From contig JASFQK010000015.1 in the NCBI GenBank assembly GCA_050115495.1, positions 75,887 to 139,886 on the forward strand: a stretch of DNA of 64,000 nucleotides, in the 5' to 3' direction. This document shows positions 50,843-60,900 of the stretch, in pieces (within the stretch, counting starts at the first letter, position 1; each line of letters begins with the position of its first letter). Below the pieces are notes generated by a model, which did no database searches, was not told the origin of the DNA, and saw only the letters and a list, made by a program, of their open reading frames with translations. Position numbers and translations under genes: made by a program. The stretch comes from Phycisphaerae bacterium. GTDB taxonomy: Bacteria > Planctomycetota > Phycisphaerae > UBA1845 > Fen-1342.

Positions 50843-51274
50843 TCACGGCCGACCCCCTTCCGGCATCAGCAGCCGCCAAACCGACGGCCCGCCGGCCAGC
50901 GTGCCGCGCTTGACCCGTTCCACAAGCCCGGTTTCCCGGAGTCGCTTCAGCGCCCGACGCATGGCCGATTCGTCACGCCCGGCTCGCCGTGCCAGGTCCG
51001 CCACGCTCGCCGTTACGATGCCGTCCGGCTTGGCGTGCCGGTACAACAGCAGCCATGCGGCAAGCTCGGCCCGCGTACGCCGCGGAAGCTCGGCGTCGAT
51101 GAACGCATTCAGCAGCGCGAACCGTCGCCGCACGGCGCCGCCGCCCCGGCCGGGTTTCCGCTTCGGCTTCGGCTCGGCACCGGTCGAAGCGGGATCGTTG
51201 CGGCGTTCGCGCCGCTCGCCCAAGTCCATCGGCGGAAGCACTTCGCCCGGCGGGATGATGCGCGGGTCGGTCAT
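50843..51274 (-). CDS. Winged-HTH protein, candidate replication initiator
   Basis: AAWLLLYRH..SVADLARRAG..AMRRALKRLRETGLV. Confidence 0.75.
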   Translation of the reverse strand: MTDPRIIPPGEVLPPMDLGERRERRNDPASTGAEPKPKRKPGRGGGAVRRRFALLNAFIDAELPRRTRAELAAWLLLYRHAKPDGIVTASVADLARRAGRDESAMRRALKRLRETGLVERVKRGTLAGGPSVWRLLMPEGGRP

Positions 51275-52212
51275 TCATCGCCCCCGTCATCATCCGCCGC
51301 CGCGGGCGTCGAGCCCCACAGCGTCCGCAGCGATGCCGTGAGCTTGCCGCGGTCTGCGGGCGTCGCCGGCCCCGGCTCGGTCGGACGAAACGATTGAATA
51401 CGCCGCTCGAAACGCAAGTTCACGTCCACCGGCTCGCCGTGCCGGTGCTTCAGGCAACGCAGCGTCACGGCTTCGGGATCGTCGCGGCCCGGCACCAGCA
51501 CGTAAGCCGTGTCGGCCCCATATTCGAGTTCTGAGCTTTCACGGAAGCTCGCCAAGCTCAGCCCGTCGCCCACGTAAGATGAACGACCGCGTTTGTCTTT
51601 CGTCCGCGCCACCGCGGACACCGCCAGCACCGCGCATCCGGCGTCCGCAAATTGACGCAGGAAGTCCATCAGGGCATCGACCGAACCGCGTTTGTCGGCG
51701 TGCTCGCCCGGCGGCCGGATGCGTTGCAGGTAGTCCAGCGTCAGCAAGGCGCCGCCGAAGTCATCGGCCGTTGCGGCAATGTTGCCCAGGTCGAACGGCG
51801 GCGCGACGAACGCCAGCCGGTCGGCCACGGATTCGAGCGTCGCAAGCCCGCGGTCAATGCGGTCGGCGTGCTCGGCGCCGAGCGTCCGCTTGGCGATTGC
51901 GTCGAGCGGAACGCCCGACAGCCGGGCGAGCTGGCGGTCCAGTAGCACAGCCACGGACATTTCGACATTCGCGACCACGGCCCGTAGCGTCGGCTCGGCC
52001 CGCAGCGCGTCGATTACCCACTGCATCGCGAGCGCAGTTTTCCCGCCACCCGGCAAACCCCCGACCAGCACCACACGCCCCGGCCCGACTTCGACGGTTG
52101 CCAGTGCGCCGGTGCCAACCGCGTACAGCGGCGGCGCGGCCCCGCTGAACAGCGCATCGCGCCACGTATCGAGCACGTCGGCGGCGGTCTGGTACTTCGC
52201 CGTCGTGTTCAC
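51271..52212 (-). CDS. DnaB-like helicase (C-terminal domain)
   Basis: GLPGGGKT, NVEMS, LDYLQRI, SFRESSELEYGAD, LKHRHG. Confidence 0.88.
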   Translation of the reverse strand: MNTTAKYQTAADVLDTWRDALFSGAAPPLYAVGTGALATVEVGPGRVVLVGGLPGGGKTALAMQWVIDALRAEPTLRAVVANVEMSVAVLLDRQLARLSGVPLDAIAKRTLGAEHADRIDRGLATLESVADRLAFVAPPFDLGNIAATADDFGGALLTLDYLQRIRPPGEHADKRGSVDALMDFLRQFADAGCAVLAVSAVARTKDKRGRSSYVGDGLSLASFRESSELEYGADTAYVLVPGRDDPEAVTLRCLKHRHGEPVDVNLRFERRIQSFRPTEPGPATPADRGKLTASLRTLWGSTPAAADDDGGDE

Positions 52213-53276
52213 GGCGCACCGCCCTTCCCGGCATTCGCCGAAGTGTCGGCCGGCCTCGGCCGTACGGCGATTACTTCGCCGCTGAACACACCGCACACGT
52301 CGCGGACGCCCGGTTGTGCGGACGCCCAGCCGTTTTCGATTGCTCGGCGGATGTCCGTCGGCGTCAGTCCGCAGTCAAGCGCCGCCTCAGTGAGCAGCGC
52401 TGCGCAGAGCCCCAGCGGTGCGCCCAGTTCGCCCAGGTTTGCCGCCGCGGAGTAGCACCGCCGGTGTCGGTCACCCACGGATGCACCTTCGCGGATAAAG
52501 TCGAGCGTCGCCCGGTTGAGTTTGTTCGGCGCGTCGCCGCTCCCCAGGTGCTCGGCGCGGGCGTCGGCTTCGCGTTGCACTTGGGCAGCCGCTTCGGCCC
52601 ACAGCGCCGCCGCCGGCTCGCTTCGGTACGTCGGCGCCGGAAGCTCGAAGTCCGCGGGTTCCGCGGCGAGCTTGAGAATCGCATCGGCGCCCAGGTGCAT
52701 CAGTTCATCGACCGATAGCCGCCGCTTGTGCAAGCCGGTTCTCGGATGCCGGCTGTTCGGTGCCCGGAAGCACCGCACCTTGTCGTACACGCCCGCGTCA
52801 ATGGTCGCCCCGGCAAGCTCGGCCACGGCTTCGGCGAAGCGGCGAGCGATGCGGTGGAAGTCGCACGCGGGCGCCGGTTGCCATGCGGCCGACGGGACGC
52901 CCAGGTGAAACCCCTTGCCACCGCTCAGGAAGGCGAGCACGTCATCTTCAGCGATGCCGAGTGAGCCCGTGAGCGCCACGCACAGCCGGCGGGCATCTTC
53001 GAGCGCGACCGGCAGGTCGCCTTCACGATCCACGTCGAACCATACCCACGGCGCCCAGCACGGACCCGAGAATCCCGCCGTCGAGCCGGTCGCGGCCAGG
53101 TGTTCGCGGAAGTCCGCGCCGAACACGAACGCGCTCAAGTACGCTTCGCGGTGGCACTCGGCCCGCGGGTCACATGCGGCGTATGCCGCCAGCGCGGCGC
53201 GGGCATCGACCAGCCGGCGCGGCTGGTGACAGTCGCCGAGCACCCGGAAGCCGAAGCGGTAATCAGCGGCGTTCAT
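52209..53276 (-). CDS. Archaeo-eukaryotic-type primase/polymerase
   Basis: WFDVD, SGGKGFH, D-x-GVYD..FRAPNSRH. Confidence 0.8.
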   Translation of the reverse strand: MNAADYRFGFRVLGDCHQPRRLVDARAALAAYAACDPRAECHREAYLSAFVFGADFREHLAATGSTAGFSGPCWAPWVWFDVDREGDLPVALEDARRLCVALTGSLGIAEDDVLAFLSGGKGFHLGVPSAAWQPAPACDFHRIARRFAEAVAELAGATIDAGVYDKVRCFRAPNSRHPRTGLHKRRLSVDELMHLGADAILKLAAEPADFELPAPTYRSEPAAALWAEAAAQVQREADARAEHLGSGDAPNKLNRATLDFIREGASVGDRHRRCYSAAANLGELGAPLGLCAALLTEAALDCGLTPTDIRRAIENGWASAQPGVRDVCGVFSGEVIAVRPRPADTSANAGKGGAP

Positions 53277-53499
53277 GGTCGGTCCCTTGAGCTTCGATCA
53301 GGCACCGCAGCATGTCGGCCACGTCGCCCAGGTTGGCCCGGTTCGCTTCGGCCAGGTCGCGAATTGCGGCGGCCACGTCGGCGAGTCCGTCGCGCAAAGA
53401 CACGGCCACAAGCTCGATTGCGCCCGGTCCGACGGCGCCTTCCTTCCCGAGTTCCTTCGCGGCGAAACGCACGGCGTTGGCGAGTGCTTCGCGGTTCAC
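53263..53499 (-). CDS. Small hypothetical helical protein
   Basis: GTG start overlapping previous stop; fills operon gap. Confidence 0.55.
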   Translation of the reverse strand: MNREALANAVRFAAKELGKEGAVGPGAIELVAVSLRDGLADVAAAIRDLAEANRANLGDVADMLRCLIEAQGTDHERR

Positions 53500-54038
53500 G
53501 ATGCACCCCCTTCCGGCTTGGCGTTCGCCCCGAAATCGAAGCTCGCATCGCCCGGGTCTGTACCGTCGGCGGGTGCGAACGGGTCGCGCTCCGGTTCGTC
53601 TACGCGCAGCACGTCGAAGCGGACAACGCGGTTGTGTTCGGTGCCGTCGTCGGCGCGGCGCAGCGCCACGCGCACCTTGCACCGGATGCGCCCCGCCGGA
53701 ACCGACGCGGATTCGAGCTTGTCAAGCGAGTCGAGTCCGAGCTTGAGGCAATCGCGTTTCGTCTGCGGCAGCGCCGCTGGCGTGAGCCAGCAATCGTGAA
53801 ACAGCGCCCGTCCGGCGTGCTCGCCTTCACACACGTCGAAGCGAATCTTGACACCCGGCGTGCCAGTGCGGGCGGCGAATAGCTCCACGCCGTGAACGTG
53901 GCATTCGTAGGTTCCGGCCGGCAGCGGCGCGAAGTCCGCCGCGGCTTCCGTGCGGTTCCACGCATCGCGCAGATTGCCGCTTTGCCCGTTAGCGAGAATG
54001 TCTGTGAGCCGCCGTCGCGGTTGCGCGTTGTCGCTCAT
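53496..54038 (-). CDS. DUF669-like protein (SSB-like)
   Basis: DFAPLPAGTY, F-x-V-x-EGEHAGR, NRV, acidic Phe-containing tail. Confidence 0.75.
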   Translation of the reverse strand: MSDNAQPRRRLTDILANGQSGNLRDAWNRTEAAADFAPLPAGTYECHVHGVELFAARTGTPGVKIRFDVCEGEHAGRALFHDCWLTPAALPQTKRDCLKLGLDSLDKLESASVPAGRIRCKVRVALRRADDGTEHNRVVRFDVLRVDEPERDPFAPADGTDPGDASFDFGANAKPEGGAS

Positions 54039-54295
54039 CGCGCCGCCCCCTTCGCGACACGCACCGGCGGGCAGTCGGCCGCAATCCAGTCCAGCAGTTC
54101 GTCCCGGCGCCAGCGGCGCATGCCGTTGAGCTTGAACCCGAACGGCATTTTGCCGGCATCGCAGAGCCGGTAGACCGACCGGGCCGAGCACCTGCCGAGC
54201 AGCGCGCACACGTCCCGGATGCCCAGCAATTCCGCGGGTACGGCCGGCCGCGGCTGAGGTTCGTCGGAATCAAACGGGGGAAGCGCCGCTGTCAT
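54035..54295 (-). CDS. AlpA-family excisionase/regulator
   Basis: LLGIRDVCALLG..SVYRL..GKMP..RRWRRDELLDWI. Confidence 0.85.
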   Translation of the reverse strand: MTAALPPFDSDEPQPRPAVPAELLGIRDVCALLGRCSARSVYRLCDAGKMPFGFKLNGMRRWRRDELLDWIAADCPPVRVAKGAAR

Positions 54296-54516
54296 CGGGC
54301 ACCCCCTTGCCGTCGGGCGTCGATGCGGTTCAGCTCGTACCGCACCTGTGCGATTGCGGCGTTGTCGAACAGCCGGGCGTTGCCCGCGTAGGCACGCGGA
54401 TGGATGTGGGAACGTGCCCGCAGAATGCGGCACACGCGGTCAACAGGTACGCCCAGCTCTGCGGCAATGACGCCCACTGTGACCAGCTTCGGGGAATGAT
54501 GTTCTTCGGCTTTCAC
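54292..54516 (-). CDS. Small MerR/excisionase-like HTH protein
   Basis: TVGVIAAELGVP..AGNARLFD. Confidence 0.7.
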   Translation of the reverse strand: MKAEEHHSPKLVTVGVIAAELGVPVDRVCRILRARSHIHPRAYAGNARLFDNAAIAQVRYELNRIDARRQGGAR

Positions 54517-54642
54517 GCGAACACCTTTCGATCTGGGAAGGGCACCATCGCCCTTCGCCAGTCTTCAGGTGTTCACGGGGGTACGCGTAAACCCTTGTGG
54601 CGCAACGCTCACGCGGTCATGACTGGTCATGACCGATGATGG

Positions 54643-55737
54643 TCAGACCCGTTTGTGGTATCTTCTGGGGCTCTGGCCTTCGGTGATCGCGCTGTCTTCG
54701 TTGTCGCTGTCCGCCTGTTCCTGCACGAGCTTGTCCAACTGCGCCTGCCGCCGCTCAACGTCACCGGCCGTGCAATCCCCACCTACCCCTTTCGCGACTT
54801 CCTGCGGCGTCGCGTTGGGGTGGTTCGACCGATACTCCGCAATCCGCCGGAACAGCTCCTGTTCCCGCTGGTCAAGCGCATCGTCCGCCGCTTCCGCTGC
54901 CTCACGGTGGGCGCGCAACTGCGAACCCGCGTTGTCGCCCGCGGGACTCAGGTAGTCTTGCAGGTCAAGCGCGATGGGGTCAACGTCCTTGCCCGTCGTC
55001 GCTGCCAAGTCACTAGCCGCCTTCAGCCGCTTCTGATTCGCCTTCCATGCTGGCGATTCCGTCACCACGCCCTTACTGCATCCGACGGCGCAGCGTACCT
55101 CTTCTGCGGTGTCGTGTGGCCGACGGATCAGGTGTTGCATAATCTGCTGTTCCGCAATCTCACGCTTGACGCGGGATCGCTTTCGGCTGACGTCTGCCGG
55201 GGCACCACTTTCCGCTTGCTCCCGCAGCCCTTCCCGCACTGCGTCCCTGATCTGCTCACCAGTCGGTTTGATCGAAGACCAAAACTCGGGATCGTTGAAG
55301 GCCGGCGGGGTCGGATTTAGCAGGCGCTCCGTTTCGTCCAGTGCAGCCGCGACATGCTCGAATCGCTTGGTGATATCGGCCCGCCGCTGTTCGTCACCTT
55401 CCTTCATCGCCAACACCGCCTGTTCCAACTCGTCCGCGGTTTCCTTGAGGTCCGGGTAGGCGTCCACGAGCGCGCGAAGCCGCTCGAAGTCACCACGCAT
55501 GGCGTCGCCAAGCGCCGCGCCCATGTCGTGATAGACGCGCAGGGGCTCGGATAATGCCGCAAACGCCGTATTCTGCGCAGCGTTCACCGGCCCCATCACC
55601 GCCCGCACCGCGGCACCAAACGCCTGTAGTCGCATTTGCGCGCGACGCAATGCCGCCTGCGACTTGGGATCGTCCTTGATTGCGTCCAGGTACGCTTGTC
55701 CGGCTCGGATCGGCCGGCGTGCTTCATCGTCTGACAT
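54643..55737 (-). CDS. Hypothetical protein with HTH-like C-terminal segments
   Basis: 364-aa ORF; TAEEVRCAVGCSKG and ATPQEVAKGVG segments. Confidence 0.65.
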   Translation of the reverse strand: MSDDEARRPIRAGQAYLDAIKDDPKSQAALRRAQMRLQAFGAAVRAVMGPVNAAQNTAFAALSEPLRVYHDMGAALGDAMRGDFERLRALVDAYPDLKETADELEQAVLAMKEGDEQRRADITKRFEHVAAALDETERLLNPTPPAFNDPEFWSSIKPTGEQIRDAVREGLREQAESGAPADVSRKRSRVKREIAEQQIMQHLIRRPHDTAEEVRCAVGCSKGVVTESPAWKANQKRLKAASDLAATTGKDVDPIALDLQDYLSPAGDNAGSQLRAHREAAEAADDALDQREQELFRRIAEYRSNHPNATPQEVAKGVGGDCTAGDVERRQAQLDKLVQEQADSDNEDSAITEGQSPRRYHKRV

Positions 55738-55788
55738 GATCCAGTCCCTGCACTGGCCCTGATGGAGAAGGAACGCGGGGCGGGGGCG

Positions 55789-56286
55789 TTACACGTAGTT
55801 GTTTTCCTCGTCGGCGTCGTAGACGCCCAGCAGGCCGCCAATCCCGCCGGCGGATTCGAGCGAGTTCACTTGTCCGTGCTGCCCCACCAAGTCCAGTCCC
55901 CACGTGTACTTACGAACGACATCGTCGCTGCCATCCAGTTCGAGCAGCATCAGCCAGCCGCTCCACACGAACCGGCGGACCTCCGTCGGCTCCGCCTCCC
56001 ATTCCTCCGCCTGATCATCCCAATCATACACCGCCTTCTCGATCCGGCGGCCCAGATAATCATACGCGAACTCGACCTTCTGGGCGCTGGCCTGCGGCGA
56101 GTTGCCGGGACTCACGCGGATCAACCGGTTCTCGACGTCCCATTCGTACGACACGGCCGTCGGCGACGGATCCAATTGCAGCAAACCGAGGAACGGGCTG
56201 GTGTCGAAGTTGTTGATCGAGCCGTCGCCGTTGATGTCGCCACACAAGCAACAGCCATTGGGGCACCGGACATCAGCACTCGACTG
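55789..56286 (-). pseudogene. Fragment of an RHS protein containing a dockerin-like half
   Basis: GDINGDGSINNFD, YEWDVENRL, YDYLGRRIEK, RKYTWGLDL, AGGIGGLL; no credible start, ends before the RHS core. Confidence 0.8.
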
Positions 56287-56300
56287 CTACGGCTTCGGGC

Positions 56301-56498
56301 TCAGCTCACTGGCGAGACGTGCGTTCGGGCCGTCCGATTGCCGCTGGCGTCGTACTCGTAGGTGATCTGTGCGCCGTTGTCGAAAGTGACGTTGGTTAGG
56401 CGGTGGTGGGCGTCGTATTCGAAGATTGTTGCGGCAAGAGCGACACCGGCGCCAAGACCCATGAGAAGGGAGAGGGTGGCGAGGATCTTCGGCGTCAT
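56301..56498 (-). CDS. Small secreted YD-repeat protein
   Basis: GGAG RBS, signal peptide (ALA), FEYDAHHRLTNVTFDNGAQITYEYDASGNR. Confidence 0.8.
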   Translation of the reverse strand: MTPKILATLSLLMGLGAGVALAATIFEYDAHHRLTNVTFDNGAQITYEYDASGNRTARTHVSPVS

Positions 56499-56921
56499 AA
56501 CTACGTTCTCCACTGCGGTGCTCGCTCGCACCGCGTCATAGAGCGCGATGGTAGCGCCCAGCACGTTACTTCCCGCAGCCATTGCAGCCGGTGCGAGCGG
56601 ACGCGGGTTCCGGCCGTGGACCTGGGCTCGGGTTGTGCAACGTTGAAAGCAGCACGGTTGCGCCGGAGTAAGCGGCGGCAGAAAACCGCGCATCCCATGC
56701 TTCACCACATCGATCAGCCAACGACTCGCTCACACGTGGTCATTCTGCGCCCGCAGTGGCGGCATTCGCAACGCCGGATGATCCGGTCGCCGCGACGCCT
56801 TGTCCACAAGACGAGCAGGGTGTCTGCAACCGCAACGTGGGCACCCGCTGCGCTGTGCTTCCAGCAAGACGGCCTCCGCTCCGGAACACGTCACCCTCAT
56901 GATCCCCTGGCGAAAACCCGG

Positions 56922-56950
56922 TTGACATGCACGTCCGAGAATGCTATTAT
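56922..56950 (+). promoter_or_regulatory. Strong sigma70 promoter upstream of C39-RHS genes
   Basis: TTGACA-17 bp-TATTAT with extended -10 TG. Confidence 0.75.
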
Positions 56951-57419
56951 TGAACTCGCCGTTTTTTCACATGAGGGAAACCTGCCCCACGGCCAGGTGC
57001 TTGCGGCTTGATGGCCGCGTCCGGGCCGCCCGGGGCAGGAGCTTGAAGGGGACACGTCATGCGACCCTCCACGGCAATCCCATTCCTGCCCGCGGCACTT
57101 TGGCCGCTCCTGTCGCTGCCGACCGGTGCCAATGCCCAGGGCGCCAGAACCGAAGCAAACGAGACTCCCTCCAAAGAAAAGAGGAGAGCCACGTGATCTC
57201 CAGTGACCTGAAGATGATGGGACGCGTGGGGGCAACTGGAACGTGTAACGGAACGTTATCTTGCGCCGCCAAGGGGCGGTTGCAGCATCCGACGAACGAG
57301 ATTTCATCGCGTTCATGCGCCCAGGCGCATCGCCCCAGCCATGTCGTGTTGTCGGATTACCACCGAGCTTCGTCGGACATCTCCCCACACGCGTGAGCGA
57401 GGGCAAGGGGACGGGTGCT

Positions 57420-57989
57420 ATGGCATCCCGACAAATCGCCGGTTTGGTTGTTGGCCTCGTACTGATAGGTGGTGTCGTCTGGTACACCGGGCATGCGCAT
57501 CCCGTGGCTACCCGTGCAGTCTTCGTTGATCGCACGTTACGGACCAGTCACCTCAGTTGCGGGCCGGCCGCGCTCATGGCCGTCGTCGAAGCTCACGATA
57601 GGGAGGCAGCTTGCCGATTGCGCGAGTTGCTGGACGGCGATGAACCGGCTAATCGCCCGGTCAGCAGTCTCTATGAACTGGCCACCTGGGCCAGACGCGC
57701 CGGTCTTCGGCCGGTTGCCCTGAAGGTGGACACGAGGCAGCTTCCGCGTTTGCCGCTGCCGGTGATTGTCCACGTGTCGCCCGATCACTTCCTGGCGTTG
57801 ACAGCCGTGAGCGATGACCGGGTCTGCGTCATCGATCAGGGCCCGATGATGCGCGAGATCCCACGGCGAGATTTCGACCGTCAATTTCGCGGATACGTGC
57901 TTTGCGTGCAGAGGATAGACGCGCCGTTTAAACGTCCCTCTCGAGGAGAAACCACATGTCACCACAGAAGCGCATATTCAGATCCGTAA
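57420..57989 (+). CDS. Stand-alone C39-family cysteine peptidase with N-terminal TM
   Basis: SCGPAAL, LPLPVIVH..DHF, VID; hydrophobic N-terminus; no ABC domains. Confidence 0.85.
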   Translation: MASRQIAGLVVGLVLIGGVVWYTGHAHPVATRAVFVDRTLRTSHLSCGPAALMAVVEAHDREAACRLRELLDGDEPANRPVSSLYELATWARRAGLRPVALKVDTRQLPRLPLPVIVHVSPDHFLALTAVSDDRVCVIDQGPMMREIPRRDFDRQFRGYVLCVQRIDAPFKRPSRGETTCHHRSAYSDP

Positions 57990-60900
57990 ACGCGCACCCC
58001 ATACTGAGCTGCATCCTGGCGGGTGGTTCATGCGCCTTACTTATCGCAGGGCTGGCACGGCTGTCCGATCGGGGAGACATCTCAGACCTCTCCCGCATTG
58101 ACGATGCCCGCGTGCTCACCGACGCCGAGATGAAGCAGGTCAGAGCGGGGGGGCTGAAGCCCTTTGCCCGCCGGCCACGAGGACCAGCCGCAACAGCGTG
58201 CGATCCGTGCCCAGAATGCAGCATTGCCACCAGTAGCGGGAGGAGCCCGGAGGGAACCGCACCTTGGCTGGACGCCACCACAGCCGGCGTGTACGACCGG
58301 GTCTGGATGATGTCCGTCGGCGCCCCCGCAACTGGCCTCTCGCTGGTGTTGACGTACAACGTTGACATGGCCGATGGCACAAACAGCATCGTGGACACCA
58401 CGCTGCCCCGGGGCTGGACGCACAGCTACAACGGATACCTCCTGCAGCGCGGTAACGACTTCATCTGGATCCGCGGGGACAGCGAGGTTGTCACCTTCAC
58501 CCGACGTGGTGGCGTCTTCACTCATTCCACGGGGCAGTTCTACGACCTTACCGTAACCGATGGCACGCCCAAGGTGAGGTTGAGGGACGGCACAGTTTAT
58601 GAGTTCCAACAGGAGGATGTGCCCTGGCAACCCCTGGGTGCCGCCTTCCTGTTGGAGTCAATTCTCGACCCGAACGGCCGTGCGACCCAGCTTACCTATA
58701 ATAACGGATTATTGACACACGTCACCGATCCGTTCGGAAATGCCCTGCACTTCGACTACAATCCCGACAGCATGTTGTCGGCCGTCACCGCCTCAGGCCG
58801 CCAGGGCACCTTTGAGTACGACACTGGACACCTGTCGGCAATGGTGCTTGCAGACGGCACGCGTGTTGAGTATACATACAACTTCCTCGCGCAGATTACA
58901 GAAAAGACCATCATCGGCAACCGGAACGGAAGCCGCACCTACTACGTGGATTATGACCAGGGTAGCAAGGCCTGTTGCCTGCGGGACTCCGCGGGGACCA
59001 CGGTCGCCAGCCAGAACAGCAACACCGAATGGGAACCGGACTACGAGGAATCAGTGGCGACGGGCGAGATGCATTACCTGCCCGGAACAGCCACCGTGAT
59101 CGATGGTCGCGGCAACGAGTGGCACCATACGTACGACTCGCGCGGTAACATGATCGAAACCCTCAATCCGCGTGGGCACTTCAAGACCATCGAATACGAT
59201 CCAGCAACGCTGCTGCCGGAGCGCATCATCGACGAGAACGGCCACGAGACCTACTACGAATACGACGAACGAGGCAATCGAACGTTGCTGCGCGACGCCG
59301 AGGGAAACGAGACCACGTACGAGTACGAGCTGATCAGCGGGGAGTACGACCGGCTGGTGCGCCGCATTGAGCCTGATGAAGACGTGTGGGAATATGTCTA
59401 CGACGAGAATGGAAATCTGATCGAGGCAATTGACCCGCTCATCGAACAGCCAGAGGACGCAACCGTCACGTATGAGTATTATACCGGGGCCCCGTACCAG
59501 GGTTTGCTGTGGAGGAAAACCGACCGCAACGGCAACGTGACTGAGTGGGAGTATTACCCGGACGGCAACGTCAAGAAAGAGATCGACCCGGGCGGTTGTG
59601 AGACCGAGTATACCTATGACGCGTTCGGCAACGTGCTCAGCCGTACCGTCCACAACGACACCGGCGACCAGACCACCAGCTATACCTACAACGCGCGCGA
59701 CCGCGTGGACACGGTGACCGATCCGGTCGGCAACACCACCAAGTATGAGTACGACAGCGTCGGCAACCGGATCGCCGTGTACACCTGTTGGATCGACGAA
59801 AGCACCTACCGCTCCGTCACGCGCTACGAGTATGACTCGCGTGATCGGCTCGTCAGGACCATCGAAGACGACGGCGGTCTCGACCGCATCACGGAGTACG
59901 ACTACGACAACAACGACAACCGCATCGAGGAAATCGATCCCAACGGCGTGGTCACCCAGTTCGAATATGACGAACTCAACCGGGTGGTGCGGACCCTGCG
60001 CGACCCCGGCGGCCTCGAGATCGAGCGGGAATATGGCTACGACCCGGTCGGAAACAAGATCACGGAGATTGATCCGAACGACCATACTGCAACGTACGAC
60101 TACGACGTGTTGAACCGGCTGACATGGATCACCGATCCACTTGGGAACGAGACGGAGTACCGCTACTTCCCGCCGGGCGGCGGTGGCTGCGGAGGCTGCG
60201 GCACGCCGGGATCGAGCAACATCCACTGCGTCATCGACGCCGAGGACAAGGTAACCAAATACGAGTACGACCAGCTCGACCGGCGAACCAGGGAGATCCG
60301 GCAGATCGGTGTTCAGGACTGCGACGCCCCCGAGGATGGTGACGACGCCGTCACCGAGTACACCTACGACCCGAACGGCAACCTGCTGTCGACCACTGAT
60401 CCCAATGGAAACACGACCACCCTCACGTATACGGTCCGCGGCGAGGTCGAATCCGTCTCCAACGGCTGCGACGAGACGACCACGTACACCTACGACTGCG
60501 CCGGCAACCACATCACGGAAGAACCACCCAACGGAAACATCATTCACTACGAGTACGACCTGAACAACCGGCTCGAGCACGTCTACGACACGATCGGAGA
60601 CTTGGTCGACTACACGTACGACTGTGTCGGCAATCGCATAACCGAGGCCGACGCCGTCGGGCCGGCGACCACCTACGAATACGACAATCTCGACCGCGTG
60701 GCCATGGTGACCGACCCGATGGCTGAGGAAACGGAGTACGAGTACGACGCCGTGGGAAACCTCACCAAGATCATCGACCGCGAGGACAACGAAACCGTTT
60801 ATGAGTACGACAACGCCAGCCGCCGGACCGTCTCCAGGATCTGGCCGCAAAACGGCGGTGACCCGGCCGAGACGTCGTACGAATACGACGACGCCGGCAA

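Larger units (their letters stand above)
48314..55790. mobile_element. Integrative element 2 core (satellite/IME-like); boundaries approximate
   Basis: Integrase, Cro-like HTH, HTH initiator, DnaB-like helicase, AEP primase, DUF669-like, AlpA; all co-oriented; no capsid or conjugation genes seen. Confidence 0.75.

Noticed and set aside
48314..55790. Prophage call
   Set aside because: No terminase, portal, capsid, tail or lysis genes are visible in the window
57059..57196. 45-aa ORF with signal-peptide-like start after the strong promoter
   Set aside because: Plausible RBS but too short and featureless to call; may be a remnant
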